DNA of 64,000 nt from Roseburia sp. CAG:303 (GCA_000437755.1 FR900145.1:50242-114241), one strand, 5' to 3'; numbered from the stretch's first letter, positions 19,302-30,223 are shown. The notes: generated by a model from the letters alone, not told the origin. Translations and numbers: made by a program.

Positions 19302-22300
19302 ATGAAACGTCGAGGCCTGACAAGGGTTGTGGCATTAGCAACAGTTGTTACCATGATGTCTGCGGAATTATCTGCATATGCGACAGAGAACGTAGACACA
19401 GCTGCAGGTACATCAACTGAAGCCACAGCGGAATCAGACGAGGCAGTGACTACCGATTTATCGGATGGCGATGCGAAAGCAGTCACCGATGAAACAACGG
19501 GAACTGTCGAAAATGAAAGGCTTGAACACAATTATGAAATAGTCAGCAAGAGTTATAAGAATCCTGTCTATACTGGCGAATCGATTGTGTATTCTGCAGA
19601 AGATGTTTTTGATGCAGAATCAAGTTCAGCCTTATTGGTAACTGATAAAAAAGAAACACATGACTATGGTGCATCAGCCGTAGAATTGGGTTTGAATGAT
19701 GAGGGAGCTGTTGATGAAAGTGGAAATGCGCTTCCGGGTAAAGTTGCTAAGTTAAAATTAAATGTAGAAAAAGCAGGTGTATATGCAGTCGCTTTTGATT
19801 ATATTACAAATGACGAAGATTCCATACTTGTCCCGGAACTTTCATTATCATTAAATGGCGAGGTTCCATTTTATGAGTGTAACAGATTAATATATGAGAA
19901 TTACTGGGCACCGGCAATTGATGAAGATACCGGAAAGGCGGTTAAGGAAACTGACCGTTATGGAAATCAGATCGTTGCAAGCCCGGAAAAAGTAATGAAA
20001 TGGCAGAAGAAATATATTATGGATGCCAGCTACAGATACTCAACTCCATTAATGCTTGAGTTAAAACAGGGAGAGAATGAGATTGGACTTACCCTGACAG
20101 AAGGCTCACTTATGATTGGAAATGTTTATCTGGAAGCAGAACCGGAACTGAATGAAGTTAAGACAGGAACTTCAGCAGAAGGAAGTAACATAATTACAGC
20201 ACAGGCCGCAGAACCAGATTACAAGAATGATTCTGCAATCAGAGCTACCTGTGAGTATGACCCTGACCTGGATCCTTATGATGCAAAGACAAAGGTGCTC
20301 AATATTATTGACAGTGCTTCATTCTCAGGAGCAGGACAGAGTCTTACATACAAGTTTAATGTAGAAAAAGAAGGATATTATTATCTTGCATATCATTACC
20401 GTCAGGCAGATAAGACCGATATGCCGGTATTTGCCAACATTGTTATAGATCAGCAGCTGTTTATAACAGACGATGATAATGCAGCAACAAATGATGCTTT
20501 AACATCTTATGCATTTGATTACACAAAGTCTTTCCAGAATGAAACCATTACGGACAAGGATGGAAAGAAGATGGCAATCTACTTCTCGGCAGGAGAACAT
20601 ACTATTACAACTACGATTTCAAATGACGTTCTTCGTCAGACACTTCAGGTTGTAGATCAGATTTCCAGCGAAGTAAGTGATTTGTCACTGGAAGTATCAA
20701 AAGTGTCAAGTACAACAGATAAGTACAGAAGTATTAAGATTACAGACTATGTACCGGATATCAATGACAGACTTGACAGATGGATGAAAGAACTGACTGA
20801 AGAATATGACAGACTTGCTGCTTATTCTCCGGAAGAGAATGTCGGAGCACTTTCTTCACTGAATCTTGCGATTGAGAAACTTAAGAGTCTTGCAGAAGAA
20901 CCAAACAAGATTCCTTACCGTGTGAAAGAACTTAGTACAAGCTCCAGTTCAGTAAATCAGTATATTGCAAACTTTATTACAGATATTACAAAGAATGCGA
21001 TTTCATTAGACAGAGTTTATCTCTATCAGGATGATACAGAACTTCCGGGTAAAGCAAGCATCTTTACCAAGATCTGGGGTTCTATTTTAAGATTCCTGGC
21101 ATCTTTTGACAGTCAGGCATACTCGGTTGATAATTCAGATGATACCCATTTACAGGTATGGATTAACAGACCAAGACAGTATCTGGAAATTATTCAGAGA
21201 ATGATTGATAATGAATTTACAGCAAAGACAGGTATTAAGGTAGACTTATCCATTATGCCTGATGCACAGAAACTGATTCTGTCAAATGCGGCGGGAAATG
21301 CGCCGGATGTGGCACAGGCAGTTGATTATGCACTCCCGATTGAATTTGCAATGAGAGATGCAGCAGTAGATTTAACACAGTTTGACGGAGCAAAAGAAGT
21401 TCTGGAACAGTTTTCACCAGGTTTATTCGTTCCTTCCACAATGAACGGAGGAATTTATTCATTGCCGGAAACATTCTACTTCTGGGTACTCTTCTACAGA
21501 ACAGATATTTTAAACAAACTTGACATTGAAGTACCGGAGACAATCGAAGAAGTAGAAGAATTACTTCCGGAATTAAAGAACAGAGGTCTTGATTTCTTCT
21601 ATCCGACAGCAGGTACAACAGGTACAAGAACATTTGCGATGACCACACCATTGATTTATCAGAATGGCGGTGCTTTATATGACAAGACAGCCGGTGATAC
21701 AACACTTGACAGTGAGGCATCCATTAACGGATTTACAACATTAACAGAATTATTTACAATTTATGATATTCCACAGGAAATCACAAGTTTCTATCAGCAT
21801 TTCAGAAACGGAGATATTCCGATTGGTGTTTCAGATTACTTCATGTACAGTACTTTGATTACAGCAGCTCCTGATATTGAAAACTCATGGCAGATTTCAC
21901 TTGTTCCTGGTGTAAAAGATGAGGATGGAAACATTCAGCGTCAGACAGCCGGTGCAGCACAGTCATCCATGGTTCTTAAGAACTCAAGAAAAGCAAAAGT
22001 TGCATGTACAGAAGGTTATGGAAACAGCCAGAATGGTGAGATGGACAGACAGGAAGCTGCATGGGAGTACTTAAAGTGGTGGATGGATACAGATACTCAG
22101 GTTGAGTTCGGTACAACACTTCAGACAACATACGGTGAATCCTATATCTGGAACTCAGCAAATACAGAAGCATTCTCAAAACTTCCATGGAAGAGCCGTG
22201 ATAAGCAGATTATTCTTGAACAGATGGATAATATTCAGGAAACACCGCGTATCCCTGGTACTTATATGTTAGAGAGAGAATTAAGTAATGCATATGTAGC

Positions 22301-22481
22301 AGTTGTAACAAATGGTGGTATACTTAGAACAGAGCTTGACTCCGCAATTAAGCGAATCGACAGAGAAACTGAGAGAAAACTGAAAGAATTTGGTTATCTT
22401 GATTCGGAAGGCAATGTAATCAAAGAGTACACCGTACCGGATGTGGACTATGTAAAAGACATTATTAGTAAATTGGATTAA
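19302..22481 (+). CDS. secreted 1059-aa protein: N-terminal ~550 aa with two repeated beta-sandwich-like modules, fused to a C-terminal family-1 extracellular solute-binding (ABC SBP) domain
   Basis: Signal peptide VALATVVTMMSAELSAYA; internal repeats LKLNVEKAGVYAVAFDYITNDED / YKFNVEKEGYYYLAYHYRQADKTD; C-terminal ~470 aa SBP-like (WINRPRQY...KTGIKVDLSIMPDAQ...); RBS GAGGAGG. Confidence 0.6.
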   Translation: MKRRGLTRVVALATVVTMMSAELSAYATENVDTAAGTSTEATAESDEAVTTDLSDGDAKAVTDETTGTVENERLEHNYEIVSKSYKNPVYTGESIVYSAEDVFDAESSSALLVTDKKETHDYGASAVELGLNDEGAVDESGNALPGKVAKLKLNVEKAGVYAVAFDYITNDEDSILVPELSLSLNGEVPFYECNRLIYENYWAPAIDEDTGKAVKETDRYGNQIVASPEKVMKWQKKYIMDASYRYSTPLMLELKQGENEIGLTLTEGSLMIGNVYLEAEPELNEVKTGTSAEGSNIITAQAAEPDYKNDSAIRATCEYDPDLDPYDAKTKVLNIIDSASFSGAGQSLTYKFNVEKEGYYYLAYHYRQADKTDMPVFANIVIDQQLFITDDDNAATNDALTSYAFDYTKSFQNETITDKDGKKMAIYFSAGEHTITTTISNDVLRQTLQVVDQISSEVSDLSLEVSKVSSTTDKYRSIKITDYVPDINDRLDRWMKELTEEYDRLAAYSPEENVGALSSLNLAIEKLKSLAEEPNKIPYRVKELSTSSSSVNQYIANFITDITKNAISLDRVYLYQDDTELPGKASIFTKIWGSILRFLASFDSQAYSVDNSDDTHLQVWINRPRQYLEIIQRMIDNEFTAKTGIKVDLSIMPDAQKLILSNAAGNAPDVAQAVDYALPIEFAMRDAAVDLTQFDGAKEVLEQFSPGLFVPSTMNGGIYSLPETFYFWVLFYRTDILNKLDIEVPETIEEVEELLPELKNRGLDFFYPTAGTTGTRTFAMTTPLIYQNGGALYDKTAGDTTLDSEASINGFTTLTELFTIYDIPQEITSFYQHFRNGDIPIGVSDYFMYSTLITAAPDIENSWQISLVPGVKDEDGNIQRQTAGAAQSSMVLKNSRKAKVACTEGYGNSQNGEMDRQEAAWEYLKWWMDTDTQVEFGTTLQTTYGESYIWNSANTEAFSKLPWKSRDKQIILEQMDNIQETPRIPGTYMLERELSNAYVAVVTNGGILRTELDSAIKRIDRETERKLKEFGYLDSEGNVIKEYTVPDVDYVKDIISKLD

Positions 22482-22502
22482 GGATAGGAGGAAATTTATA
22501 AA

Positions 22503-23381
22503 ATGAAAACTGGTAAAAAATATCCCTTTTTGTTCCTGCTTCCATATCTGTTAGTCTTTACGGTATTCATTATCCTGCCGATTTGCGTAGCAGTAGTATT
22601 ATCATTTACGGACTTTAATACCGTACAGATGCCTAATTTTGTAGGCTTTAACAACTATATTAATCTGGCAACACAGGACTCCATCTTCATGCAGTATGTA
22701 TTACCGAATACGGTTACATTTGCACTGATTGTAGGACCTGGCGGATATTGCTTGTCATTCCTGCTTGCATGGGCAATTGCACAGCTGACAAGAGTACCGA
22801 GAACAATATTAGCACTTATTTTCTATTCACCTTCACTGACAACTGGTGTTGCCATGAACGTACTTTGGAAAATCATTTTCTCAGGTGATGCAACAGGTTA
22901 TTTAAATGCTATCTGTATTAATCTGGGAATTCTGAATGAGCCGAGAACATGGCTGATTTCAGACCTCCTTCCGATTATGATTATCATCGGACTGTGGAGT
23001 AGTGCGGGTGTTGGATTCCTTGCCATGTTAGCAGGTATTATGAATGCAGATGAGGAATTATATGAAGCGGGTGCAATCGATGGAATTAAGAACAGATTCC
23101 AGCAGATGATTTACATCACAATCCCGACAATGAAAGCACAGATGTTATTCGGTGCCGTTATGGCAATCGTAAATACATTTAATAACGGTGCAATCGGTGT
23201 TACCCTTTCAGGTACAAACCCGACGCCTGGATATGCAGGACAGTTAATTGTAAACCATATTGATGACTACGGATTTATCCGTTATGAAATGGGTTATGCA
23301 GCAGCAGTATCAGTTGTACTTCTTCTGATTATTACACTGTTCTCAAAGGTTGCAAGTTCATTATTCACAGAGAAAGAATAG
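22503..23381 (+). CDS. carbohydrate ABC transporter permease (MalF/UgpA-type)
   Basis: 6 TM; EAA loop [21 protein letters not shown]. Confidence 0.85.
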   Translation: MKTGKKYPFLFLLPYLLVFTVFIILPICVAVVLSFTDFNTVQMPNFVGFNNYINLATQDSIFMQYVLPNTVTFALIVGPGGYCLSFLLAWAIAQLTRVPRTILALIFYSPSLTTGVAMNVLWKIIFSGDATGYLNAICINLGILNEPRTWLISDLLPIMIIIGLWSSAGVGFLAMLAGIMNADEELYEAGAIDGIKNRFQQMIYITIPTMKAQMLFGAVMAIVNTFNNGAIGVTLSGTNPTPGYAGQLIVNHIDDYGFIRYEMGYAAAVSVVLLLIITLFSKVASSLFTEKE

Positions 23382-23397
23382 AAAGGAGAGCGAAAAA

Positions 23398-24270
23398 ATG
23401 GCCGGATATAAAGGAAATGGTATCAATCCATCAAAGTTTGACCGCAGTCAGATTAAAATCTATATAATTTTATTACCATTGGCAGTGTTTATGCTCTTCC
23501 CAATTGTATTTATTTTCTGTCATGCGTTTAAGCCACCAGCTGAGTTGTTTGCGTTCCCACCGAGATTCTATGTTGTAAACCCAACATTGGATAACTTTTC
23601 GGAACTGTTGAAATCAGCTCGTAATGCGGGTGTTCCATTGAGCCGATATGTAATGAACAGTGTGTTTGTTACAGCGGTTGTCTGCGTTGCAAATATTATT
23701 ATGTCAACAATGGCAGCGTTTGCATTATCAAAGATGAAGTTTAAAACAAGAGGACTTATTTTCAATATCAATCAGAAGGCAATGATGTTCGTGCCTGCAG
23801 CAGTATTGATTCCTAGATACTTAATCATGAATGGTATGGGTATCCTGAATACATACTGGGCACATATCCTTCCACTGATTGCAATGCCTGTCAGCCTGTT
23901 CCTGATTAAACAGTTCGTTGACGGTGTACCGGATGCATTGATTGAAGCTGCATCCATTGATGGTGCTTCACCATTCAGAATTTACTGGTCGGTTATCCTT
24001 CCACTGGTAAAACCTGCGATTGCAACAGGTGTCATCCTTGCATTTAACCAGGCTTGGCCATATGTGGAAAGTTCAAACAACTTTGTAAATACAGATAGTA
24101 TGAAGACACTTTCATTCTACATGACAACCCTTGCCAATGCAAACAATGTTGTACAGGGCCAGGGTGTTGCAGCAGCAGCCTCCTTAATCATGTTTGTACC
24201 TCAGTTAATTTTATTCATCTTCTGTCAGAGAGACGTTATGAATACAATGGCAAGTTCAGGTATCAAATAA
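23398..24270 (+). CDS. carbohydrate ABC transporter permease (MalG/UgpE-type)
   Basis: EAA loop EAASIDGASPFRIYWSVILP; RBS aaaggagag; ORF track begins 23350 but ATG 23398 has an RBS. Confidence 0.85.
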   Translation: MAGYKGNGINPSKFDRSQIKIYIILLPLAVFMLFPIVFIFCHAFKPPAELFAFPPRFYVVNPTLDNFSELLKSARNAGVPLSRYVMNSVFVTAVVCVANIIMSTMAAFALSKMKFKTRGLIFNINQKAMMFVPAAVLIPRYLIMNGMGILNTYWAHILPLIAMPVSLFLIKQFVDGVPDALIEAASIDGASPFRIYWSVILPLVKPAIATGVILAFNQAWPYVESSNNFVNTDSMKTLSFYMTTLANANNVVQGQGVAAAASLIMFVPQLILFIFCQRDVMNTMASSGIK

Positions 24271-24307
24271 TAATATAAAGTTATTTAGAATATTGAAGGA
24301 GGTCAAT

Positions 24308-26413
24308 ATGAAGAAAATTTATAAAAGAGCCATAGCATTTCTGTTTGCTGTTTTATTTATTGCTTTTGAAGTGGCACAGCCGGTTATATCTTTTGCAAAA
24401 GTACCATATAAGACATATACGCAGAATGGATATGGAGAATTAGTGGAAACGCAGACAGCGTACACACCATATTCCACAATTACAAAGATTCAGTCCAATA
24501 TCGAAGGGGAAGATGACTTTGAGTTAAAGAAACCGGAAGATATTAAGATTGACTCAAAAGGTAACTTATTTATCGCAGATACAGGCAACCACCGCGTGGT
24601 TGTCTGCGATTCAACCGGTACACTGATTACCATTATCGGTGAAGAGGATTTAACAGCTCCTACCGGAATCTTTGTCCGTGAAGAAGAAGACGGAACAGAA
24701 CTCGTCTATGTAGCAGATCAGCAGTATGTTGGCAAAAAAGAAGGTGCTGTTGTTGTATACGATATGGACGGTAATCTGAAAGCAACTTATAAGAAACCGG
24801 ATGATGTTCTGTACGGTAGCAGTACAAAGTATCAGCCACAGAAACTGGTTGTAGATAAAGGTGGAAATATGTATATTTCTGCAAAGGGTAATACAAATGG
24901 TGTTATCCAGATCTCTCCAAAGAACGGAGGAACTTTCCTCGGATACTTTGCAACAAATACAGCATCCGTAAATATTACAACAATCTTCTTAAACCTGATA
25001 TTATCAGATGAACAGAAGGCAAGAAGATCCATCACACCGTCTTCCGTTACAAACATCGGAATTGATGAGAAAGGTCTTATCTATACAGTAACATCTTCTG
25101 ACAGTGTGGCAACACCGGTAAAGAAGTTAAACATTGCAGGTGGTAACCTTTTACAGTGTGATGTATATCCAAGCAACAGCCTTGCAATATGCGTAGGAAA
25201 GCATGGAAGTATCTTTGTTGGTACAAAGAATGGTTATATTTATGAATATACCAGTGAAGGTTCACTGCTCTTTGCCTTAGGTGCAAAAGATGACGGTTCA
25301 CAGTACAGAATTGGTCTTTTCCAGAGCCTTTCAGCAGTAGAAGTAGATCAGAATGATAATATGTATGTACTTGATACCGAAGTAAGTACGATTCATATCT
25401 TTAAGCCAACCGAATTTACAACTCTCGTACATGATTCCCTCGACTATTTTGAAGAAGGAAAGTACGAAGAAAGTAAAGCTCCATTGGAGCAGGTAATCCA
25501 GATGAACGGTCTGTTCGATTATGCAAACATGGCTATGGGACGTGCTTTATATAATGAAGAGAATTATTCAGATGCATTATCCTACTATCGTCTGGCAAAG
25601 AATAAAGACGGTTATTCTGACTCTTTCTGGGAACTCAGAAATATCTGGCTTAACAAGTACGTTATGCATATGATTATTGCAATCGTAGCAGTTGTAATTG
25701 TTGTTAAGATTTTAAAGAAACTTGACAGAAGCAAGGGAATCTTTAATCCAATCAGAAAAGCAACAGAAAGCTTCAGAAGCAAGCAGCTTGTAAAACAGAT
25801 TTTCTACGGATTTAAGTATATGCGTCATCCGTTTGATGGTACCTATGGTGTTAAGAGAGAAGGAATGTGTTCTTATCTCGCAACATTCATTGTCGGTGTC
25901 ATTGGCATACTGGTATTTGTAATCAATAAATACTTCTGCGGATTCCTTGTAAAATATGTCAGGGACGGAAGATACAACATTGCAACAGATATTATTGAAA
26001 TCGTAGTAGTTATGCTGTTCGCAGCACTTGTAACATACTTGATTTGTACAATTAATGATGGTGAAGCAAGATTTAAGGAAATATTAGTTGGTTATGTATA
26101 TTCATTCATGCCATACATTGTACTCCAGCCATTCATCTACTTATTCGGAATGGTAGTTACCTACAATGAAATGTTTGTTATTGAATTTGCAAATATCATC
26201 ATGTTTACATGGATTGTCATACTTATTTTCCTGACAATCAAAGAAATTAACAACTATTCAGTCAAAGAAACGTTTAAGGTAATTGGTCTTACAATATTTG
26301 CAGCATTTGTGTTTGTATTAATGGCATTTGTTATTTACATTCTCTTTGCTCAGATTATCGGATTCTTTACCTCATTCGGCGGAGAGGTGGTGCATCGAAT
26401 TGGCGGCAGGTAA
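24308..26413 (+). CDS. NHL-repeat beta-propeller / TPR / Yip1-domain polytopic membrane protein
   Basis: Signal/TM at N-terminus; NHL-like repeats (DIKIDSKGNLFIADTGNHRVVVCDSTG, VYVADQQY..., MYVLDTEVSTIHIF); TPR-like EEGKYEESKAPLEQ...YYRLAKNKDG; C-terminal ~230 aa with 5-6 TM resembling Yip1. Confidence 0.55.
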   Translation: MKKIYKRAIAFLFAVLFIAFEVAQPVISFAKVPYKTYTQNGYGELVETQTAYTPYSTITKIQSNIEGEDDFELKKPEDIKIDSKGNLFIADTGNHRVVVCDSTGTLITIIGEEDLTAPTGIFVREEEDGTELVYVADQQYVGKKEGAVVVYDMDGNLKATYKKPDDVLYGSSTKYQPQKLVVDKGGNMYISAKGNTNGVIQISPKNGGTFLGYFATNTASVNITTIFLNLILSDEQKARRSITPSSVTNIGIDEKGLIYTVTSSDSVATPVKKLNIAGGNLLQCDVYPSNSLAICVGKHGSIFVGTKNGYIYEYTSEGSLLFALGAKDDGSQYRIGLFQSLSAVEVDQNDNMYVLDTEVSTIHIFKPTEFTTLVHDSLDYFEEGKYEESKAPLEQVIQMNGLFDYANMAMGRALYNEENYSDALSYYRLAKNKDGYSDSFWELRNIWLNKYVMHMIIAIVAVVIVVKILKKLDRSKGIFNPIRKATESFRSKQLVKQIFYGFKYMRHPFDGTYGVKREGMCSYLATFIVGVIGILVFVINKYFCGFLVKYVRDGRYNIATDIIEIVVVMLFAALVTYLICTINDGEARFKEILVGYVYSFMPYIVLQPFIYLFGMVVTYNEMFVIEFANIIMFTWIVILIFLTIKEINNYSVKETFKVIGLTIFAAFVFVLMAFVIYILFAQIIGFFTSFGGEVVHRIGGR

Positions 26414-29015
26414 ACTTAAAAGATTGCTCAGCATGGGACTCGTGTGTTTAATGCTGACTCCGATTGTATCATTTGCAACAAATGATACAGCAGGAGATAC
26501 CCAGGCAGAAGAAACAAATGCAGACGACACAGCTGCAAGTGATAATAAGACAACTGCAAATACAGCTGCAGCACCGGTTGAAAAGAATGGTGTTGTAAAG
26601 CAGACAACAGGGGTCAGCTTTATTGACAAGATCAATTCAGCCTCTATCACAGTGGGTGGAGAATTATCACAGGAAAAAGTGGATCAGGCATTAAATAACC
26701 TGATTGCTTCTTCCGCAGACAGACGGAAAGCTGCTTATAAATTAGTAACAAAGCAGCCGGAAGCAGATTCCACACAGACAGAGAAAGCATTTGATTCCAG
26801 CAAGGTCATTGATGGACATATGTATGTCTGCGAATCAGAAGATTATGAATTATATGTAAAACCGTCAAACTTATCAATCTTATTGAGAGATAAGAAGACA
26901 GGAACATTATTAAGATCAACGCTTGAAGATGAAGAAGCATATGTAAGAAGCAGCCAGACTCCTGCATTTAACCGAATTACTTCAGGAGTAACCATTATGC
27001 CGATTAAGTACGATCCGAAATCAGAATCACGTTCCGGTATGTACGATAAGACAAACAGCCAGGTTTCTTCCAGAGATGCAGAGATTACCTATGATAAGAC
27101 AACAAATGGATTTACTGCACATCTGAACTTTAACAATAAGCAGAATGATGTATCATTAAAAGGACTTAATATTCAGTTTGATGTTGTAGTAACCCTGGAT
27201 GATATGGGACTCCATGTATCTATTCCGGATGATACCATCAAAGAAAATCTGGAAGATGGTAAACTTGGTTACATGATGGGGGATGTATATCTTTTCCCAT
27301 TATTAGGATATACCGATCGTGGTGACACAGACGGATATATGATTTTACCGGATGGAAATGGTATTATCGTAAATTTCCAGGATTTCTATCAGGATGGTAC
27401 TGCAAAATATAAGAGCGGATATTCTGCAAGAGTTTACGGTGCAGATGTCAGCCTCGATACGATCACAACAGATGATTCCAGTAAGGAAAGAGAAGACTTT
27501 AACGATTCCGAAGATGTCATTGCTCCATATTTCGGTATGGTACATGATTATTCTGCATTCAATGACGGAAGTCATGAAAAGGATATCGCAGTACTCGGTT
27601 TTGTAACAAGCGGTGAATATGCATGCACAATCAAAGGTAACTTCAATGGTGTAAACTCATCCTTTGAAAACTATGTATTTGCCAATGCTACTTACAGAGA
27701 AGTATATCAGCAGCCGGTTGATAATGCTTCCAACAATGCCATGACAGAAGTAACGGATATTGCCCTTCAGAATTTACAGATTGATTTCCTGCTTGCAAGT
27801 GGCGACGAAGCAAATTATTCCGGGCTTGCCAATAAGACAAGGGAACTTCTGAAAGATAAGGGTATTATCACAGAGGCAAAAGATCTGGATTATGATGTAA
27901 GAATCGATTTCCTGGGTGTTGATAAAGAAAACTTCCTTCTTTTCAGAAGAAATGTTGTAGCAACAACCATTGAAAATATCGAAACAATTATATCAAAACT
28001 CCAGGAAAACGGTGTTGAAGATATCGCAGCTTATTATGACGGCTGGCAGAAAGATGGAATGTACAATCTGCCGAATACAGACTTCAAAGTAGACAGTGAT
28101 CTCGGTGGAAACAGTGCATTAAAGAAGCTGGCAGATAAGTATGATGGTACATCCGTAAGCCTCTCCCTGATTCAGGATATGCTTACAATTAATGATACCA
28201 CTTCAAATTCAACCTTTACAGCAATGAAGCTGATTAATAAGAGAACATACTCTTATACCGACAGATTCTTAAACGTGTATAAGACATTTAAGTATCTGAC
28301 ACCTTCCAAGACAAATGAATATCTTAAGACATTTGCAGATAATGTACAGAAGGGTGGAATTAGTAATATTTCCTTATCCGGATTTACAGATACTTTATCA
28401 AGTTATTCATTAAACAGCAAAAAGTATACAAGAAAAGATGCAATGGATTATTACACCAGTGCAATGGATGAAGTAATTGGCAAAGGAATGAATGTATCCA
28501 TGGAAGAACCGTCCATGTATTTCTGGAAATATACAGATGAATATCTGGATATGCCAATCAGCTCATCCATGTATGTGTACACTTCCAGTGAAATTCCTTT
28601 CCTTACATCAGTACTCAAAGGAAGTATGAAGGTTTATTCCGAATATGTGAACTTTGAAGCTAATCAGACAGAATTCTTCTTGAAGTTAATTGAAACAGGT
28701 GTTTACCCATCTTTCTTATTAACTTATGAGAGTCCTACAGTCCTTCAGTATACAAACTCAAGCTGGGATTATTCCTCAGATTATGAGCAGTATATCAGTG
28801 TTATTTCAGAGTTCAACCAGGATTTGAAAGCAGTAAATGAGAAGACAGAAGGAGCCTCTATTGTAAAACACCAGATGAATTACGATGGTAATAACAATCT
28901 GACAAAGGTAACTTACAGTAACGGTACGGTTGTTTATGTGAACTACTCAGAAGACGCTGTTTCAGCTGATGGAGAAACTATCGATGGATTATCATATAAG
29001 GTAGGTGAAGAATAA
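26400..29015 (+). CDS. large secreted protein of unknown function (~870 aa; possibly DUF5696-like)
   Basis: Proposed TTG start at 26400 gives signal peptide (M)AAGKLKRLLSMGLVCLMLTPIVSFA, preceded by GGAGAGGTGG; overlaps upstream stop by 14 nt; alternative ATG 26433 lacks an RBS. Confidence 0.5.
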   Translation: MAAGKLKRLLSMGLVCLMLTPIVSFATNDTAGDTQAEETNADDTAASDNKTTANTAAAPVEKNGVVKQTTGVSFIDKINSASITVGGELSQEKVDQALNNLIASSADRRKAAYKLVTKQPEADSTQTEKAFDSSKVIDGHMYVCESEDYELYVKPSNLSILLRDKKTGTLLRSTLEDEEAYVRSSQTPAFNRITSGVTIMPIKYDPKSESRSGMYDKTNSQVSSRDAEITYDKTTNGFTAHLNFNNKQNDVSLKGLNIQFDVVVTLDDMGLHVSIPDDTIKENLEDGKLGYMMGDVYLFPLLGYTDRGDTDGYMILPDGNGIIVNFQDFYQDGTAKYKSGYSARVYGADVSLDTITTDDSSKEREDFNDSEDVIAPYFGMVHDYSAFNDGSHEKDIAVLGFVTSGEYACTIKGNFNGVNSSFENYVFANATYREVYQQPVDNASNNAMTEVTDIALQNLQIDFLLASGDEANYSGLANKTRELLKDKGIITEAKDLDYDVRIDFLGVDKENFLLFRRNVVATTIENIETIISKLQENGVEDIAAYYDGWQKDGMYNLPNTDFKVDSDLGGNSALKKLADKYDGTSVSLSLIQDMLTINDTTSNSTFTAMKLINKRTYSYTDRFLNVYKTFKYLTPSKTNEYLKTFADNVQKGGISNISLSGFTDTLSSYSLNSKKYTRKDAMDYYTSAMDEVIGKGMNVSMEEPSMYFWKYTDEYLDMPISSSMYVYTSSEIPFLTSVLKGSMKVYSEYVNFEANQTEFFLKLIETGVYPSFLLTYESPTVLQYTNSSWDYSSDYEQYISVISEFNQDLKAVNEKTEGASIVKHQMNYDGNNNLTKVTYSNGTVVYVNYSEDAVSADGETIDGLSYKVGEE

Positions 29016-30223
29016 TGTCAACTAAAACAGAAGAAATTAAAGAAGAAATCAAAGAGCAGCCGAAAAAGGAAAAGGCTCCGAAGGAAGAAAAGAAAGATAC
29101 AAAGAAGAAAAAGAAAACCTATACCGTAGACGAACTCTTGAGCCAGAATGAGAGAATGGAATTATTCGACGAGTATGGCAGAAGGAAGAAAATCAAGGTA
29201 AAGGTAAAAGAAGGCAAGTTAAAGAAGCGTGAAAACAGAATGGGTTATGTGTTCATGATTCCATATGTTGCCGGTGCATTAATCTGTCTGCTGTATCCGT
29301 TAATCATAGCGATTATCTACGCATTCAGTAATGTAGTTGTAAAAACAAATACCGTTACCTTTAATGGTATCCAGAACTTTGCAAGTGTACTTGATAAGAA
29401 CCCTGAGCTGATTACCCAGCTCGGTACACTGGCATTCAAGATGCTTCTTGGTGTACCACTTATCGTAGTATTTGCACTGCTTATGGCAATGATGCTGAAT
29501 ATGAAACTGCCGGGAAAAGGTGTTTACAGAACGATCTTCTTCCTGCCGGTTATCGTAGTCAGCGGTCCGGTTATGACCATGATCAATTCCGAAAACAGTA
29601 GTATTCAGGCAGTTGATATGACAGTCATTGAATCGGTAATACAGAGTTTACTTCCAGCCTGGATTTCAGATTCTGTATTGTGGATTTTTAGCAATATCAT
29701 CATGTTATTATGGTATTCCGGTGTACAGATCCTGATTTTCCTTGCAGCATTGCAGAAGATTGATACTTCACTTTATGAAGCTGCAAAGATCGACGGTGGT
29801 TCTAACTGGGAATGTTTCTGGAAGATTACACTTCCAACCATTAAGCCAATGCTTCTGTTAAATGCGATTTATACCGTTGTATTCCTGTCACAGGATGCAA
29901 TCATCAGCCCGCTGATTGATACAATCAAGGCAGCATTACAGAGTGTCATGGGTTATGGATATGCCGCAGCATTTGCATGGATGTATGCAATCGTGGTACT
30001 GCTCTTCGTTGGTATTGTTGCTTTATGTTTCCTTCCAAAGAAGGATTTGTATGAGAAGCAGATCAAGAAGAACAAGCAGCTTGAAAAGAAGACTAGAAAG
30101 AAACTTGCAAAACATCAGAAGCAGTTAATCAAGAACCAGATTAAGCTTCAGAAAGCAATTCAGAAGGAAGAAAAGATGAAACTTGCAGGAAAAGACCTGG
30201 GAGGAGGTAATTACGATGGCTGA
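29015..30223 (+). CDS. ABC transporter permease (MalF-type) with Lys/Glu-rich N-terminal and coiled-coil C-terminal cytoplasmic extensions
   Basis: EAA loop EAAKIDGGSNWECFWKITLP; N-terminal KEEIKEQPKKEKAPKEEKKDTKKKKK; C-terminal KQIKKNKQLEKKTRKKLAKHQKQLIKNQIKLQKAIQKEEK; ATGA overlap with upstream stop. Confidence 0.75.
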   Translation: MSTKTEEIKEEIKEQPKKEKAPKEEKKDTKKKKKTYTVDELLSQNERMELFDEYGRRKKIKVKVKEGKLKKRENRMGYVFMIPYVAGALICLLYPLIIAIIYAFSNVVVKTNTVTFNGIQNFASVLDKNPELITQLGTLAFKMLLGVPLIVVFALLMAMMLNMKLPGKGVYRTIFFLPVIVVSGPVMTMINSENSSIQAVDMTVIESVIQSLLPAWISDSVLWIFSNIIMLLWYSGVQILIFLAALQKIDTSLYEAAKIDGGSNWECFWKITLPTIKPMLLLNAIYTVVFLSQDAIISPLIDTIKAALQSVMGYGYAAAFAWMYAIVVLLFVGIVALCFLPKKDLYEKQIKKNKQLEKKTRKKLAKHQKQLIKNQIKLQKAIQKEEKMKLAGKDLGGGNYDG

